Below are positions 23,042-36,300 of a stretch of DNA of 44,610 bases, one piece after another. The DNA is taken from contig NMRA01001004.1 in the NCBI GenBank assembly GCA_002633005.1, positions 25,113 through 69,722 of the forward strand. The letters run 5' to 3'. Numbering within the stretch: the stretch's first letter is position 1; every line of letters starts with the position of its first letter. The stretch comes from Phoronis australis (taxonomy: Eukaryota; Animalia; Phoronida). The position numbers and the translations under genes are program-made. The notes beneath the pieces are model-generated. The model saw only the letters and a program-made list of their open reading frames with translations, was not told the origin of the DNA and searched no databases.

Positions 23042-24747
23042 TCCTGTGTTACATAAACACTACAGTGGGCTTCATTTATTTCTCTATAATTATGTTATCC
23101 ACCTTGAACAAAATCACCCATGGCCAAGTGCTTGACGATAAGATTGCTGCTACTCTGAGCTCGTCAGTATAAGAATACTGATTGTCGAAGAATTTCTTTC
23201 ATTTCAAAAACCGTTCTTCACCGTATGACAATAGCTTCCAGTGCTTAGTGGTATTGTGTTATGTACTGGCAATGCTCGCAGACAGGCTAGATCTTATCAA
23301 TAATTGTGGTTTGCAAGCCATGGAGAGTTTTGTGGACGAAAGTCCCGTGCAAACATTGCAGTAAAGATCCTAACCACTAACCACCTTACTATCGACACCT
23401 GATTGTAAAAGTGTTATCTCCTTGATCAAAACGTGTTTGCAAAATTTCAAGGAACTCTCTTGATATAGGGGCAAACATAAACAGCTTAACTGAAACCGTC
23501 TTTATGGGGCATAGCAGCAATTGAATCAGTACAAAAAATGCACAGGTAACCCCATCCATGATAGGTAAATATCTTCAGTGTTTCACGCATCTCTGTTGAG
23601 TGACTTTGGAGATCCAGCGGAGGAAGTGGAACACATGATAGCAGACGATAGCAATGTACCGGTATATGTGACCTCATGACAAACAGAAGAGAGCAAAAAG
23701 TGCCCACACTGCAAGACAGAGATGACATGCCCGTATAGTATGTATATGTCAGTGCATGAAAAGTGACAAAATAATTGATGTGTCAATGAGTACAAATACT
23801 GTGTATTGGAATACAGTATAGGTCACAACAATAACATTGCACTGCCAGTAATATCAATCAAGTATAGAAAGATGCATCTAAATATTAACAATAATCAGAA
23901 CAACTAAAACTGAATACAACACAAAACGTGACAAAATGCATTTAAACACTGCTAACAAGGCGTGTTCCATCCAATACAATATTTCATCCACCACAAAACC
24001 GACCTCTTAATTTTAGAAACTTGAAATAACTAAAGTGGTACACGTAAATACAGGCATGATTGCTCTGCCCTTGGTGAAATTTTGTGTAGAAAACCATTGA
24101 TCTGTAACCAATGGGGTGATCACGTGGCATCGGTGACTCTTACAGCCATCGCTGTACAAGGAGATATTACTTTTTTGCAGCGAGTGGATTGGGGAACATG
24201 TTCGATTACTTGAAAAGTGAAAAGACCCTTTTACAGTGCAAGTTCAGGCATACCATGAAAACCAGATAGGCCTATAATGCTTTCTAGGTTTAATTTCAAT
24301 TATTGTACATTCCATTTTTCATAATGAACTTAAAGAAAAATTGTTCCTTCATTCAAAGATCAAACAGCGATGTATGTTCATTTGTTCTAAGGTCACTCAT
24401 GACAATTTTATGAAAGAAAAAAACGTACTGCTGTGAAGTCATCCCAATGGAAGAGAGAACAATTACGGAACAATTTAATTATTGTTAAGAATACCAAATT
24501 ACATTGCCATATATAGAAGGCTTTTTGCTTTTAACAGCATGTTAAAACACCAATTTTGGAAAAAAATATTGCCAAGACTGATCTTTTTCATTTTCCAAAA
24601 GATTCTAACATGGTGAGCACCCTTGATTTCTCAAAAACTCTGATGATAGTAGCTAGGGTTGAGAACTTTAAAATTAATTTATTCCGTGCTCTTCGTCTCA
24701 GGAAAAAATAAATTTCCACAAGACCACCATATTGAGTCATGAGATTC

Positions 24748-24828
24748 TAGTGTAGGCACCAGTTTCTATAGTGTAGGCACCAGTTTCTATAGTGTAGGCA
24801 CCAGTTTCTAGTGTAGGCACCAGTTTCT
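24748..24828. repeat. 21-bp tandem repeat, 4 copies
   Basis: TAGTGTAGGCACCAGTTTC(TA) at 24748, 24769, 24790 and 24809. Confidence 0.95.
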
Positions 24829-26495
24829 GCATTGTAAGTGCCCTGAGAGCTTAGATCAACAGTGCCTTTTTGCCAGACAGCTGTTACAGAACTTTGTTTT
24901 TATTTTCGAACACTTAGTAGCCACAATGTAATAAAGGAAGGTTTTCAGAACAAAACTCCCTTGCCTATACAGTGTCAGAACATGAAATTCTTTGTTGTTA
25001 AAATATTACTGCACCTCATTTCTGTACATCAGCATTTGGTCAACCAATCAAAACAAATTTTATTTGGGAGTTAATAGAGCTGCTTTCATGCCTGTCAATG
25101 CGAAAGTTGGGAGGGGAGGGGGGGTATTTACAGCAGATCACTCAAAAATACACATCATCGGCATCTAAAGACACTTCTTTAATGACAGTTGGACAAGCTA
25201 TTACTCTTATTATTAAGTGCTTTAACCATTATTTGCGTTGCCTAACATATGAACAGGATACATCTTATCCTAATAGATCTACGTTATTGCACAATTTCAA
25301 CTAATCTTTTTGATGATTACTACAATCAAGACATCCTTTGAACTCTAAATCAACCATGCGACCATGAGAACGATATTTGAATACATTATAGCACATACTT
25401 TTTTCACAAAGTCATCAGTCAATTATGGATGACATTCCAAAATGTCACTCAATCAACACATGCTCTATAAATGAAACAACAGTTCAATAATACTGATAAT
25501 AAATAGGCAGACACAAAGAAGTACACAATAATTTTGTCAGGCTATGTTTAGATAAAATGGTAGCTGCTTCAGTAAAGTACTTGTGAATTCTTACGTGTTT
25601 TGGAGTGCAGTTACTGAGTCTCAACTTCTCATAGCCAAACCATGTAAAATACATATAGTGGTCATAGGCTAAAGTGAGATTTTGTTACGTTTCAAGGCAG
25701 TTTTTCTATACACAATAATATGTAGTGTTAAAATACAGGCCCAGCAAACTGAAGTGGCCATGAGTGGTATTACCCTTTAGACATGTTGTAAAAAGTACAG
25801 TACACCACAAAAGTAAACAGACAAAATACCTTTTCCTCATCGTGACGGCTAATTCTGTTAAGAGCAGACATGGCGGGTGAAAACTTTTATGGGAGCTAAA
25901 TTTTCATTGATAGAGAATCCTACATTCATCTCAGACTTATGACATGGGCAAAACCTCTTGGAAATTTCGTCAAAATCCGGAGGCATGTTTATAAATAACA
26001 GTAAACAATGCTTCCCCGCGCACGAGCACTGAATTGACCTTGAGACAGCACAGCTAGACAGTCACGCCATGTTTTTTGAGTTCGGGTCTTGTCTCCATTT
26101 GAATGAACATGGATATGGAATTCGCCGACAAAGATGGGTCCGTTTAAGAAGTTTTCATGTCCTTCTGGGTAAGAGTATGTACAGTTGCGACACCTGATTT
26201 GTCAATCATAACCTTGTCACCTTCTCGGAATTCTGGCATTGTTTGGTTGGCGTGCGTTTGGTTGTTTAGTGCTTTCCAGACCATAAAATGTAAGGCATGT
26301 GGATTTCTATTTTGCACTACTTTGTGATTCGCCGCGTAATGTAAAAAAATTACGTCTATGGTGTTATTAACCAGTTGTGTCGTAACACATTCCAGGTCAT
26401 GTAAGAACAAAATTTCTTAGCCATCTTACCAACTCTCGTAGTAATTCCCAATCATTCTCAGTCAAAAGATAAGATTACTCACACAACGAATTACT

Positions 26496-26696
26496 GGACC
26501 ATTTCAAGAAACCCAGAAACTAGCTTAAGTTCATTTTTTATTTTTCTCAACTTAAAAAACTTTGAACGAAAACTACAGTCAAAATCTTAATATCTCTTTC
26601 AATCTTGAAACGGACTTGAGACAAATTTGTTTTATCTTAAAATTGACTGAAACTTAAGATTTGTCTTGGCTAAGTCAGTTTTCATAAAACGAGCCC
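26496..26696. mobile_element. Harbinger-like MITE, decayed copy
   Basis: Shares TTAAGATTTGTCTT.GCTAAGTCAGTTTT...CCC with 33077-33324. Confidence 0.7.
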
Positions 26697-27226
26697 TAGG
26701 TCTCTGTCGATTTGTCATCAAAGGGAATTCTGTGTCATTTTGTCTGGATACTTTCAGCTTGCACCGCAACATCACAGCGCTGTTTATTACAACAGCAAAT
26801 TGAAATTCACAAGAACTTCAACGCAGATCAGATCTGTTTTTTTTCTGTAATTCAGTTATTTTGTTGTCATTTTGCTATAGTTTGACAAAGGCTGGTTATC
26901 ATACTGCAAATAAGGGAAACTTTTTATTACCAACTGTGGCTTCACGACACAACACAAACCAAGCTAATAATAGTCTATGAACAAAACAGAAACAGGTTCA
27001 AATAATTATTAAATGGGGTGTGACGAGTTGTTCACCACAAATAGTTACTAACAACAATTATAGTACTCACAACCCAGGCAGTGATTGAACCTATCACAAT
27101 CAATCTGTTGCTGAGGCTACGTTAAACAAAACAAAGAAGTGCACGGTTCTTTAATCAAGCACAACTTTTTTTAGTTTTCTCAATAGTTTGAAAGGTGGAC
27201 GGTTAAATTACAAGATACGTGGTGAG

Positions 27227-27424
27227 TCACATGTAGAGTTTCATCTGTTGTTTCATGTCATCTATGGAATTGATGCCGAATACTTCTTCCTGTTCTCGCA
27301 TCAGTTTAAATATGGCTTCCATCTGTTCCTGCTGAATTTGACGTTCCTGTTTCTTTTGATCCTCTGTCATCGTTGCTTCAATTGATCTCTCAGCGGCCTT
27401 GGAGTGTATGCGTTTCACCTCACC
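27227..27424 (-). CDS. MXRA7: MXRA7-like protein, terminal coding exon
   Basis: Acceptor CTTCTTCACTTTAG|, phase 0, 66 codons: ...MTEDQKKQERQIQQEQMEAIFKLMREQEEVFGINSIDDMKQQMKLYM*. This matches the recalled MXRA7 C-terminus MTKEELEEEQRVQKEQLAAIFKLMKDNKETFG...QLRLY. Upstream exons were not identified. Confidence 0.82.
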   Translation of the reverse strand, partial: GEVKRIHSKAAERSIEATMTEDQKKQERQIQQEQMEAIFKLMREQEEVFGINSIDDMKQQMKLYM

Positions 27425-27734
27425 CTAAAGTGAAGAAGGAGAGCAAAGGTCAGTGAGTGTGATGACAGTGAGAAAAGAAATACAAGTGAATGTGTTTCAC
27501 CTCACACCCTGCAGTGAAATGAGAATACAAGAATGAGATTGTAAATGTACTTCACCTTTTAGTGGAGAGGGATTGAAAGACCATTTCAAATGGTGATGGT
27601 GAGCATGGAATTACAAGACAGAGCATGTGCCTCACTCTCTGTTGTGGAGGGGGTATAGAAAGATTACTACTTATGTCAATGATTAGAATGGACCGACAAC
27701 TTCATCATTGACATTTTTATGGACAGTGTGTGTG

Positions 27735-28255
27735 GGGGATGCTTATTGTAGCCTAAGTTGGTTGAAACTGTGTCTCAGAAACAGGTGAAATCCTAAGCTA
27801 GGTGTCATCAAATTTACGCTCTGTGACATATCAGTAACTTATGACAGACTTTCTACAAAACCGTGGTGCATTGCAATCAAACTTTCAGGCTTGTTAAATT
27901 ACAATCATTTTTCAAAAAATTGTGCTGAAATCCCAGTGAGAAAACTCACGGACCGATACGTCACTGCCTCGCGATCGCCAATAAAAAGTTTCGACTCAAC
28001 AAATTACCTGAAGTCCTTAAGTTTTCAAAATAGCATCTCTATGATTTTTAAGTTCCTGTGGAGTCGGGATTATCTGCAGGTTAACTCCAAATCTGCAATA
28101 GATCGTACCCAACAACATGAGAAAAATCTCGACGAAAACACACGTTGTTGTCATGTGATGTTTGTTTTGAAGTTTGCTTACGTGTGTGTGCGTGTGTAAG
28201 TGTCATCAGGGTTCATTTGTCAGAGTAAACGCAATGTAACGATCTAGCGTTTACT
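27735..28255 (+). mobile_element. Fragment of the 41503-42916 family
   Basis: GCTTATTGTAGCCTAA...GGTGAAATC...TCATCAAATTTACGCTCTGTGA...GTTGTCAYGTGA is shared with 40520 and 41555. Confidence 0.8.
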
Positions 28256-29529
28256 ACGTAAGCCAACACTGCATGTATTATCTTACTCAATTATGGAGTG
28301 TATTGGCCTGCACAAAAGTAGTTCACTGCCATTTTGCTCGGTAGACGGCACTTTTGTAAACACGGTGGCTCGCGATTTCTCGTTTAGTCAGTAGGCCTAT
28401 CGGGTTTCTGAATCAATGTAAGTGTTACAGAACAATTGCTATAAATGCCGACTCAAATCAATCTCCGAACCGGGAATTAATCTAACCTCGACCAGCCATG
28501 TACGCCTGTACAGTTGTACTTGCATAAAAAGGGAGTTAAAAGGCCGGTCTGAAGGTAAATAATTGTCGATTTAAATAATTGTTGATTTTCGACACCACAC
28601 TGCATGACGGCGACATCCCGTTGTTCGATTCTATAGCCCAACAACAAGTTCGGAAGTTTACCCCCATAGCCAATATGTTACACAACTGATTAACTCCATT
28701 CTGGCATTTATGGTTGGAGGGCCTGTGCTCTTTTGTTCGATAATTGCTGTAATCTCCGATCAGATCGTATCTAGACTGACTGGGCTGGGCTGATAAAAAT
28801 GAAAGTTAAGTTATAACATATTTGAGCTTAAACCAATAGCATTTCTGAATTCCTCGTCACATGCTGATCATGTTCCGTTTTTAAATCACCAAAATCGCCC
28901 AAGTACAACAGAAGTTAAGACTATCTATTCTGTCCAAACGGTCGCACTGGGTTTCATACCGGTCAGCGTTGTCAGAAAACGCCCGCGACTTACCCCTTGT
29001 TACTGCCGGTCGCTCATGAATAAAGCTTCCTCACAATAGTTTCAATAGAGCTATTGTGAGTCAGCCATCCAAACCAGCTGGGGATTACCTGATTGCTGAT
29101 TGATAAACCAGTGCTTGAAGAAAACGGGATTTGTATACTCACAAATTTAGCCCTTTATTCTTAATTTCATGTATACCATTAATATTGTCGATCAAAAACA
29201 TCTCTGTTCGCGTTCGAACGGTGAAATTTGATGCACAACTTCGCGATTCATAAAAATATTGCACACACGAGAAGCCGTAAATTAATGCGCATGTGATGCG
29301 GTCCCATTCACTTGACAAAAATGGTCGGTTAAAGCTCACAAAAACTGAAAATTTTATTCTGAAGATACCTAAAACTTAATCTGTTACTTTTTGTGTAACA
29401 AGGCCAAGAAACGGTTACTTATTTCGTATTTTATATAATTGAATGAGAACTATTTTCTTCCCCATAGGCAACCGACTGTAGTGACCATGCAGTGCTCCAC
29501 TTGGATTGCAACAGTGCAGAAGTGCCGGC

Positions 29530-30236
29530 GCGAATCTAGTCATGATACGGGTAGCATAGCATCGGCAAGAAATGAATACTGGCACTCATTTCCGAAAGTT
29601 TTTAATACCGTAAAAACGTTTGCGTTATTTTTTCGAGGAATTGTTAAATTAATCGTAATTGCTGCTTTTAAAGTCAAAATGACGCACTGATAGTGAAAAC
29701 TTCCGCACCCTTACACCCCCGAATCTCCCGATCGTTACATCGTGTTCACTCTGTCAAATGAACTCTGATGACACGCACGCGCTCGTTCACTCACAAAGAC
29801 GAACTTCAAACAAACATCACGTGACAATATGTGTGTTCGTCCAGAACATTTTCTCGAGTTGCGGAGTACAATCTAGCGCAGATTTGCCGGATTTAATATG
29901 GAGTAAATCCCGACTCCACGGAAACTTAAAAATGTTGGGGACGCTATTTTGAAAACTTAAGGAGGACTTCGTGTAATTAGCTGAGTCGAAGCTCTATTTT
30001 TACTCATCATTTCAAGTTAACCTATCGCGATCTTGAGGCAGCGACGCTTCAGTCGGCGGGTTTTCGCACAGGGATTTTCTGAAAAAAAGCTCGTAATTTA
30101 TTAACAACTAATTTTGATAGCAATGCACTGCAATTTTGTAGAAACTCTATCATAGATTACAGATGTGTCACAGAGCGTAAATTTGATGAATTGTAGGTTA
30201 CGATTTCACCTGTTTCGGAGACCGGGTTCCAACCAA
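29530..30236 (-). mobile_element. Inverted fragment of the 41503-42916 family
   Basis: The reverse complement aligns to ~41575-42100 and ~42290-42490 (e.g. GATGCTATGCTACCCGT). Confidence 0.8.
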
Positions 30237-33076
30237 GAATCGAAGGTGAGCAGACTCAGTCGTCAATCAAAAGTTACTGCAACGGCATTACTCAAGAACA
30301 AGTATTTGCTTAATATTTTGTGTAAAACATACTAATGACTTTGACTAGGGGTGAGTCTAGTTAACTCGTACAGTGGGAGTCCGAGGAAAAAATGGTCTGC
30401 ACAGAGAGTCTAGATATGGTATCAGAGGTGAAAACTGTCTGTAAAACGTTTTAACGGGTGTAACTCAATCTTGCATAAGGGTACTTTGCCATGGAACTCA
30501 TTCCCGATGGCAATGAGACAATGTACTACCTTTAAATGAAATTGCCACACTTTCTGATGAATTTTTCCTGTGAACTGCTCTTGTGAGAACTGCTACAAAT
30601 GTCTACACACCCCGTAACATGTACATGTACTTTTGCATTAAAATTTATGTTAAAGTTCTGTATATTTTCTGTACTGTAGTTTGCATTTGTAGATTTCAAA
30701 AATTGTCAGATAATAGCACTTGAGCTAATGTTACATTTTTAAACCTCAACGACTTTTTAGTAAAGATTATTTCTACTGTAATGAGCTGCAGGTCAGATTT
30801 GTGACCTGATTGCAAATACGAGACTTTGGTCATCTTGTATCGTAACACGCGACCTGGAATTTCCCACGTAAGCGAGCCCATATCGTGCGAATCCGGCCCT
30901 TATTTGGTTGTTACCAAATCAAGATGAACGCTAACAGAGAACGGTCCTCTTCAATGAGTTGTAAACATGTCGCGGTACAATTCCGAAACGATCTTCGAAG
31001 AGTTTTGTTGACTAGTGTTTTCGGCTACTTTTGCGAGTTTTTGGATACGCCGAAGAAAATTTCGGACCACGGCATAGATATGTGACAAAACGTCACGGCG
31101 ACGTTTCATTCTTTAACAATCAACTTACTAACTCTTTAATGGAAAAGCATTTATTTTTCATGTAAGATGCCCTGATTATTCTACTACAACATCCCTGACA
31201 ATATCGCACTGCGGCACACAGGTCGGTCCCACTGTTTACGCGCAATGTCCCGGCATACGATCGCGACTTGGAAATGCGTCTTCGTTTTTTATGGTAAGAC
31301 AGCAGACAAATTCTTAAGCTCTTCTTTCTGGAACTGAGCACGCGCGTAAGTATGAGTCGCCCGTCACTCACATATGTTGCTGCCAATGTAACATGCACTC
31401 CTGCGATTCAAGTTTGGGAACTTACGCGTGTACCACTACAAAGCCGCACATCAAAAGAAAACAGCGACAGTCCTAACGAAAATAGTATAACGGCACGACT
31501 CTGCACGTTTAAGCTGCTGGTGCTCCCCAGAACCGCCGTGTTCTATTCTGATGTTTCCGTGACTCGATATTCTCTAGGCCCGATGTTCCATGCCCGTATC
31601 CAGATCCCCCACGTCAACGTCGTAGATTTTTCAGACTCAAATCTAAGGGGAACTGTTGCGACTGAAGCTGGCTAATGTAGAAACAAAATTATTACGGGCG
31701 GAATTTGCCGCAAGAAATCGTAATAACATCCAATTTCTTATTACCGCACTGAAACATTCACAGAAAGTATGCATCTACCGCGGTGAGCGCCTACTGCTCG
31801 ACTAAGCGTTCCCTTTAAGTTTTGCGAAATTTCAATTAAGCTCCAGGGCCCAAAACATTCTTTTTCAGTAAATTCTGATCCATCCTGAGTATCTTCATGC
31901 TTGTGCGTACAGTTATCAAAAATATCTATAGTCTAAAGAACCGCCAGCGACACTGGTGAAACCTGTTTGACTGACAATAAGCGAAAAATAAAATATGACT
32001 TATATTTTTTATTATGTTCAAGATGATACACAAACATCCAGTAACGCATTGCCAACCTTTTAATTCCGAAACCAAGAGGCAGCAGATTCACCCAGTGAGG
32101 CACAATGTTCCTTCGGTTGCCACTCATCCTCAATGACCCAGCAATAATACATTTCGAGAGAACTAGAACTAGTAAGTCGGGCAAATTTCATCAAAATAGG
32201 GAGAATTTGACACCTTTCCGTGACGTATGGAAATTCTTTAAAATCCTAGAGCTTCCCACCTAAATCGAATTGAGAGGTGTTGCCAAAACCACTGTCACAT
32301 TTCTCAGGCCTGATTTTTTCAAATACGTGTTTTATCTAGTGTACTACACTCGGAAACTCCGAGCGGCAGACAGGCATCCATTCCTGAACTAGCGGAGGTA
32401 TACGCCGGAGGTACAAGGCGGCGTGATTCTTAAAGTTTGTGAGCATTTGGAGCCAATAATTTGACAAAGCGTTCAAGTATTATATTTTGAAGTAAATCCA
32501 TAACACTGGAAAATAATTTGTTACACTAATTTGTTACTTGTAATATAATTCATATTGCCCTGACCTATTAACTTGGAGGCCGTCCTTGTATTGGAATCAT
32601 TGTTATCTATCTTTATTTCTATTACTTCAACACTTGACTTTCATCTCCTATAGTTCGTACGGCCAGTTTTGTCTCTGGTACTTGGGACACGAAGCTTTCA
32701 TGGGAAAATAGTTCTGGTACATTAGTGTACGAACTGTTAGAGAAAACACCATACTAATTAACTCAGTGCAATTGTTCTTCAAAACGCTATTTGTATTTTT
32801 AATGGCCAACTTTTGCACGTGGTTCGGTTTTCATTGTGAAAAAGCCGAATAGGCGAAAACAAAATGTTATGGGTGTTTTTTGAGATTTCATCTTGAAATG
32901 CTAATTTCTTTTTCTATTAGTTCTGCCTGAAACATGGTCACAGTTAATGAGAGATTTGATATAAAGCTCAAACTCATATTCTGCAGGTTTTCTACTTTCA
33001 GAAAATGTATGCATTTACCCAGTTAAATTCTACATTTCTGTTCATATTTGGATAAATTCTCCCACTTGTGGAAAAG

Positions 33077-33324
33077 GGGCCTGTTCCAAGAAACTGACTT
33101 AAGTTCATTTTTGACTTAAGTCTAAGATTTGTCTTAACTTCCAAACTTTGAAACTTCCACATTTGGAAAGTTAGTCACAATTAAGACAAAATTTAGGCCA
33201 TATACTTAAGTCAAACTTAGGATCTCATTCTTTAATTGGTTTTGAGACAAATCTAACTTTTATTTCAAAATTTACTAAAATTTAAGATTTGTCTTAGCTA
33301 AGTCAGTTTTGTTGGAACGGACCC
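33077..33324. mobile_element. PIF/Harbinger-like MITE (248 bp)
   Basis: TIRs GGGCCTGTTCCAAGAAACTGACTTA / TAAGTCAGTTTTGTTGGAACGGACCC, with a 3-bp TSD AAG. Confidence 0.75.
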
Positions 33325-36300
33325 AAGGTCTTTCACAACTTCAGCTCCCCAGCATAACAAGTCACTGAAAATAGTCCATTCTGGTTGAGAGTGCAAACCT
33401 CACTAAAATTACTGACTTATTGTTAACTGGTAGGGTATATTGTAAACACACTCATAACAGCTTGGGGGAAGTCTTTTGTGTTGTGACTATTCATATTTTG
33501 AATAGAATATCTAAGTATTGATAAACAAGATAATTACCCCCAAAGCAATTCTCTTAGCACATGCCCATATGTTGACTGTGTTCATAGCATTCCATTCCCT
33601 AATAGCCTGCAACCACTATACATTTCCTTTGAAGCCTGGGAGATAATTGGCCTGCTTGTTATCATACAGGACAAAGACAGAGCTGGGCAGTTAACAAAAG
33701 AGCCAGATGCTATCCCATGTTCAGCACCCCTCATGTCTGGAAAAGTTACTGAACGACTGAGAACGCTGTAATGTGACTGTGGCCGCCTGGACTTCGACTT
33801 CAGAGTTCAGTCTTTGCACACCTAACTACTTTGGAAACAAGTCGTATATAATGGTCCCTAGTTTTGAGAATGAGGAAATCAATATGCTGTAATAACTTCA
33901 GAGCAGGTTCACTAGTTATACCTCATGAATTCAGACTGTTAGTGTTAGCCAGATGGATCACATCAGTGACAGCAAAGGCCTAAACTTGACCTGGCGAATA
34001 CACATGTTGTTGGTCAATTTATACTACGGAAAAATGGGAAACAAACAAAAGGACAAGGACATGGTCAAATTAAATTGATTAATGTAACAAATGAATAACA
34101 TGCATATTATTCAGTGGAATAGACAGTGGCCACTGTCTCTAGCTGGCCCCAGTAGAGACGGTGAAGCTCCTCATGGAGTTTCATACATTGAAAGATTTTC
34201 AGTGAATTATACCTCATACTGATTAAAAAATCAAAGTTACGTTGTTATCAGTACCTTTTGTGAATAGAGGGACACCTAAGGTGCCCATTGATGTCTTTAT
34301 TTCTTCCAGCTCAAACAAATACTCCTGTAATCAAACTTTTCCTTCCATCAGTCCTTCGTTCAGTTGCTCAAATCGTTAACTGGCCAGTTTTACACTGCGC
34401 GCCCTCCTATTTTTAAAGCATCCGCCAGTGTGAGGCATAATTTGCCTTAAATCTTCAGCCGATGAAACTTGTTATCCATGTCCAGGACCATTATATCTGA
34501 GCAGAGTACTATTTTGTAACTCTGTAACTATAGAATTTCTGCATGCTATGGTAGATTTCATCATTTTTCATCACCTCAATGTATAGTTTACATGGTTTTA
34601 TAATGCCAAATACTCCAAATCATGAGGAAAACAGAAAAATATGCATTTATTGTCAAGCACCTGAGTCCCTTTATTTGAGTAACATTTTGCCAATATGTCC
34701 CTCAAAATTACCAAAATCTGCGTGGCCCTGCAGCCCCGACGCCTAGTCTCCTGCAGACCGAGGTTGGTTGGGGTCTGCTACAGAGCACTTTTCCATCCGC
34801 ATTCTTGGAATATCATTGGCTGTTCCGATTTCAAGAAACAAGGCATTCTATTGGTCAGTTGTATAATAGGTCAAACTAGTTCACCAACATGGCGACTTCC
34901 AGTAAAAGAATGTCGATGGATTTACAGCCGTTTAAATCTCTGTTTTCATCAAACGCCCGCATTTCAAAGCTAATGAGTCAAGTAACGTATACGAAACATT
35001 TTATAATTATCTTGTATACTATGCTGGATTCTGAAGTGATGTGACTTTTTAAGAAATAATTTGTGGAAGAAATTAGGCCACCCACAACAACACTCAACAG
35101 TCATTTTAGGCATACTATAACTCCAAATAGTGGGAAAGGAGTAGCTGAGTATGTCGCGGCCTTTAGAGATTGTCTCGATCTTTTCAGAGCACACCCTCTC
35201 ATATGTTAAGATGTTCATGTACGTTATATAAGCTCCCGTGAATACGTGAATACCGTGAAGGTTGAACCAGTGGGTCAGATAAGGATATATGCTGAAATTC
35301 TGCTATCATTCATTGTCATTGCATAGTAGACTGGCACACTTATCACTACTAACTGAAGTTAGGAGCATAAAAATGCAGCCAATGGTCCTAAACACACAAA
35401 CATTAAGTAGTCTTGCAATAGTTTTATAATGACTGACATTATCGCTTTTGGCGGTGACATTCAGCAATGATTGCCATCCTAGAGTCTTAAGGAGTGTTCA
35501 ATTATTTCAGAAGGTGTTTGTTGCTGTGAAATTAGGATTATACCCACTCTTTAGTATAATCAGCAAGATAAAACCTCGCCCTTTTCTGAGTTGACACAGT
35601 CATTAAAACTGACCCATTTTGGTTAGAGCCTCAATGGAATAGTCAACTTTTCTGATAACATAATTATGCAAAGTTATTATTTACAGGGAATTGAATTTCA
35701 GCAAACACAAGAAGCTTCAGTTGTATATGAAACATTCAGTGGTTTTCGTGCAAAAATGGATCATTTTATACAATTCGAACCTAAAAGTAAATATTTTTGT
35801 GTGGAATTTATTTTGAAATTCACCCTTTCATGGTGAATTTTGCAATGCCTGAGTCACTGGTCAGAGGGGCACATTTGGTCATATGCAATCTATGCAAGTG
35901 TCCTCTCTCTCCTGGACCGCGACTTAACGACTGTTTCATTTTTTTCTTTCCACGTTCACATGATGTCAAGTGTTGCAGTTTGCAACAATCATCTATGAAT
36001 TTCAGTCCAATTTGCAAAACCAGAACCATTCTAAAACATTCAGAAACTACTATGGTTCGCTGTAATCAAAGCATCCTGGAGTTAGACTTAGTAACAAGCG
36101 AACTTTTAAAACCTGGTTCGTTGAAATGACTAGTTGCAAAAACATCTCACATTTCAAGATTGGGAGGTCAGGGTACTTCAAAGATTTTAAGTTAGGTCAC
36201 TTAACCCAAATCGATGGTTTCTTGTGTGTTAGGTGGGTTGGATTGTTATCCAGGCAATAGTCACTCACTGGGAATCTGCATTTTGAGAACAAGTTTTAAC

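Noticed and set aside
31800-31818. Kolobok-like end CCCT|TTAA (similar single ends at ~30530 and 44249)
   Set aside because: No matching partner TIR was found in the window.
33690-34324. Alternative frame with in-frame TGA codons as a selenoprotein
   Set aside because: No recognisable selenoprotein motif or SECIS; the frame is short and ends in TAA.
33885-34575. Minus-strand C/D-box snoRNA candidates (TGATGA...CTGA)
   Set aside because: Each candidate lacks either a canonical C box or a terminal stem, and I could not identify an rRNA/snRNA antisense element.
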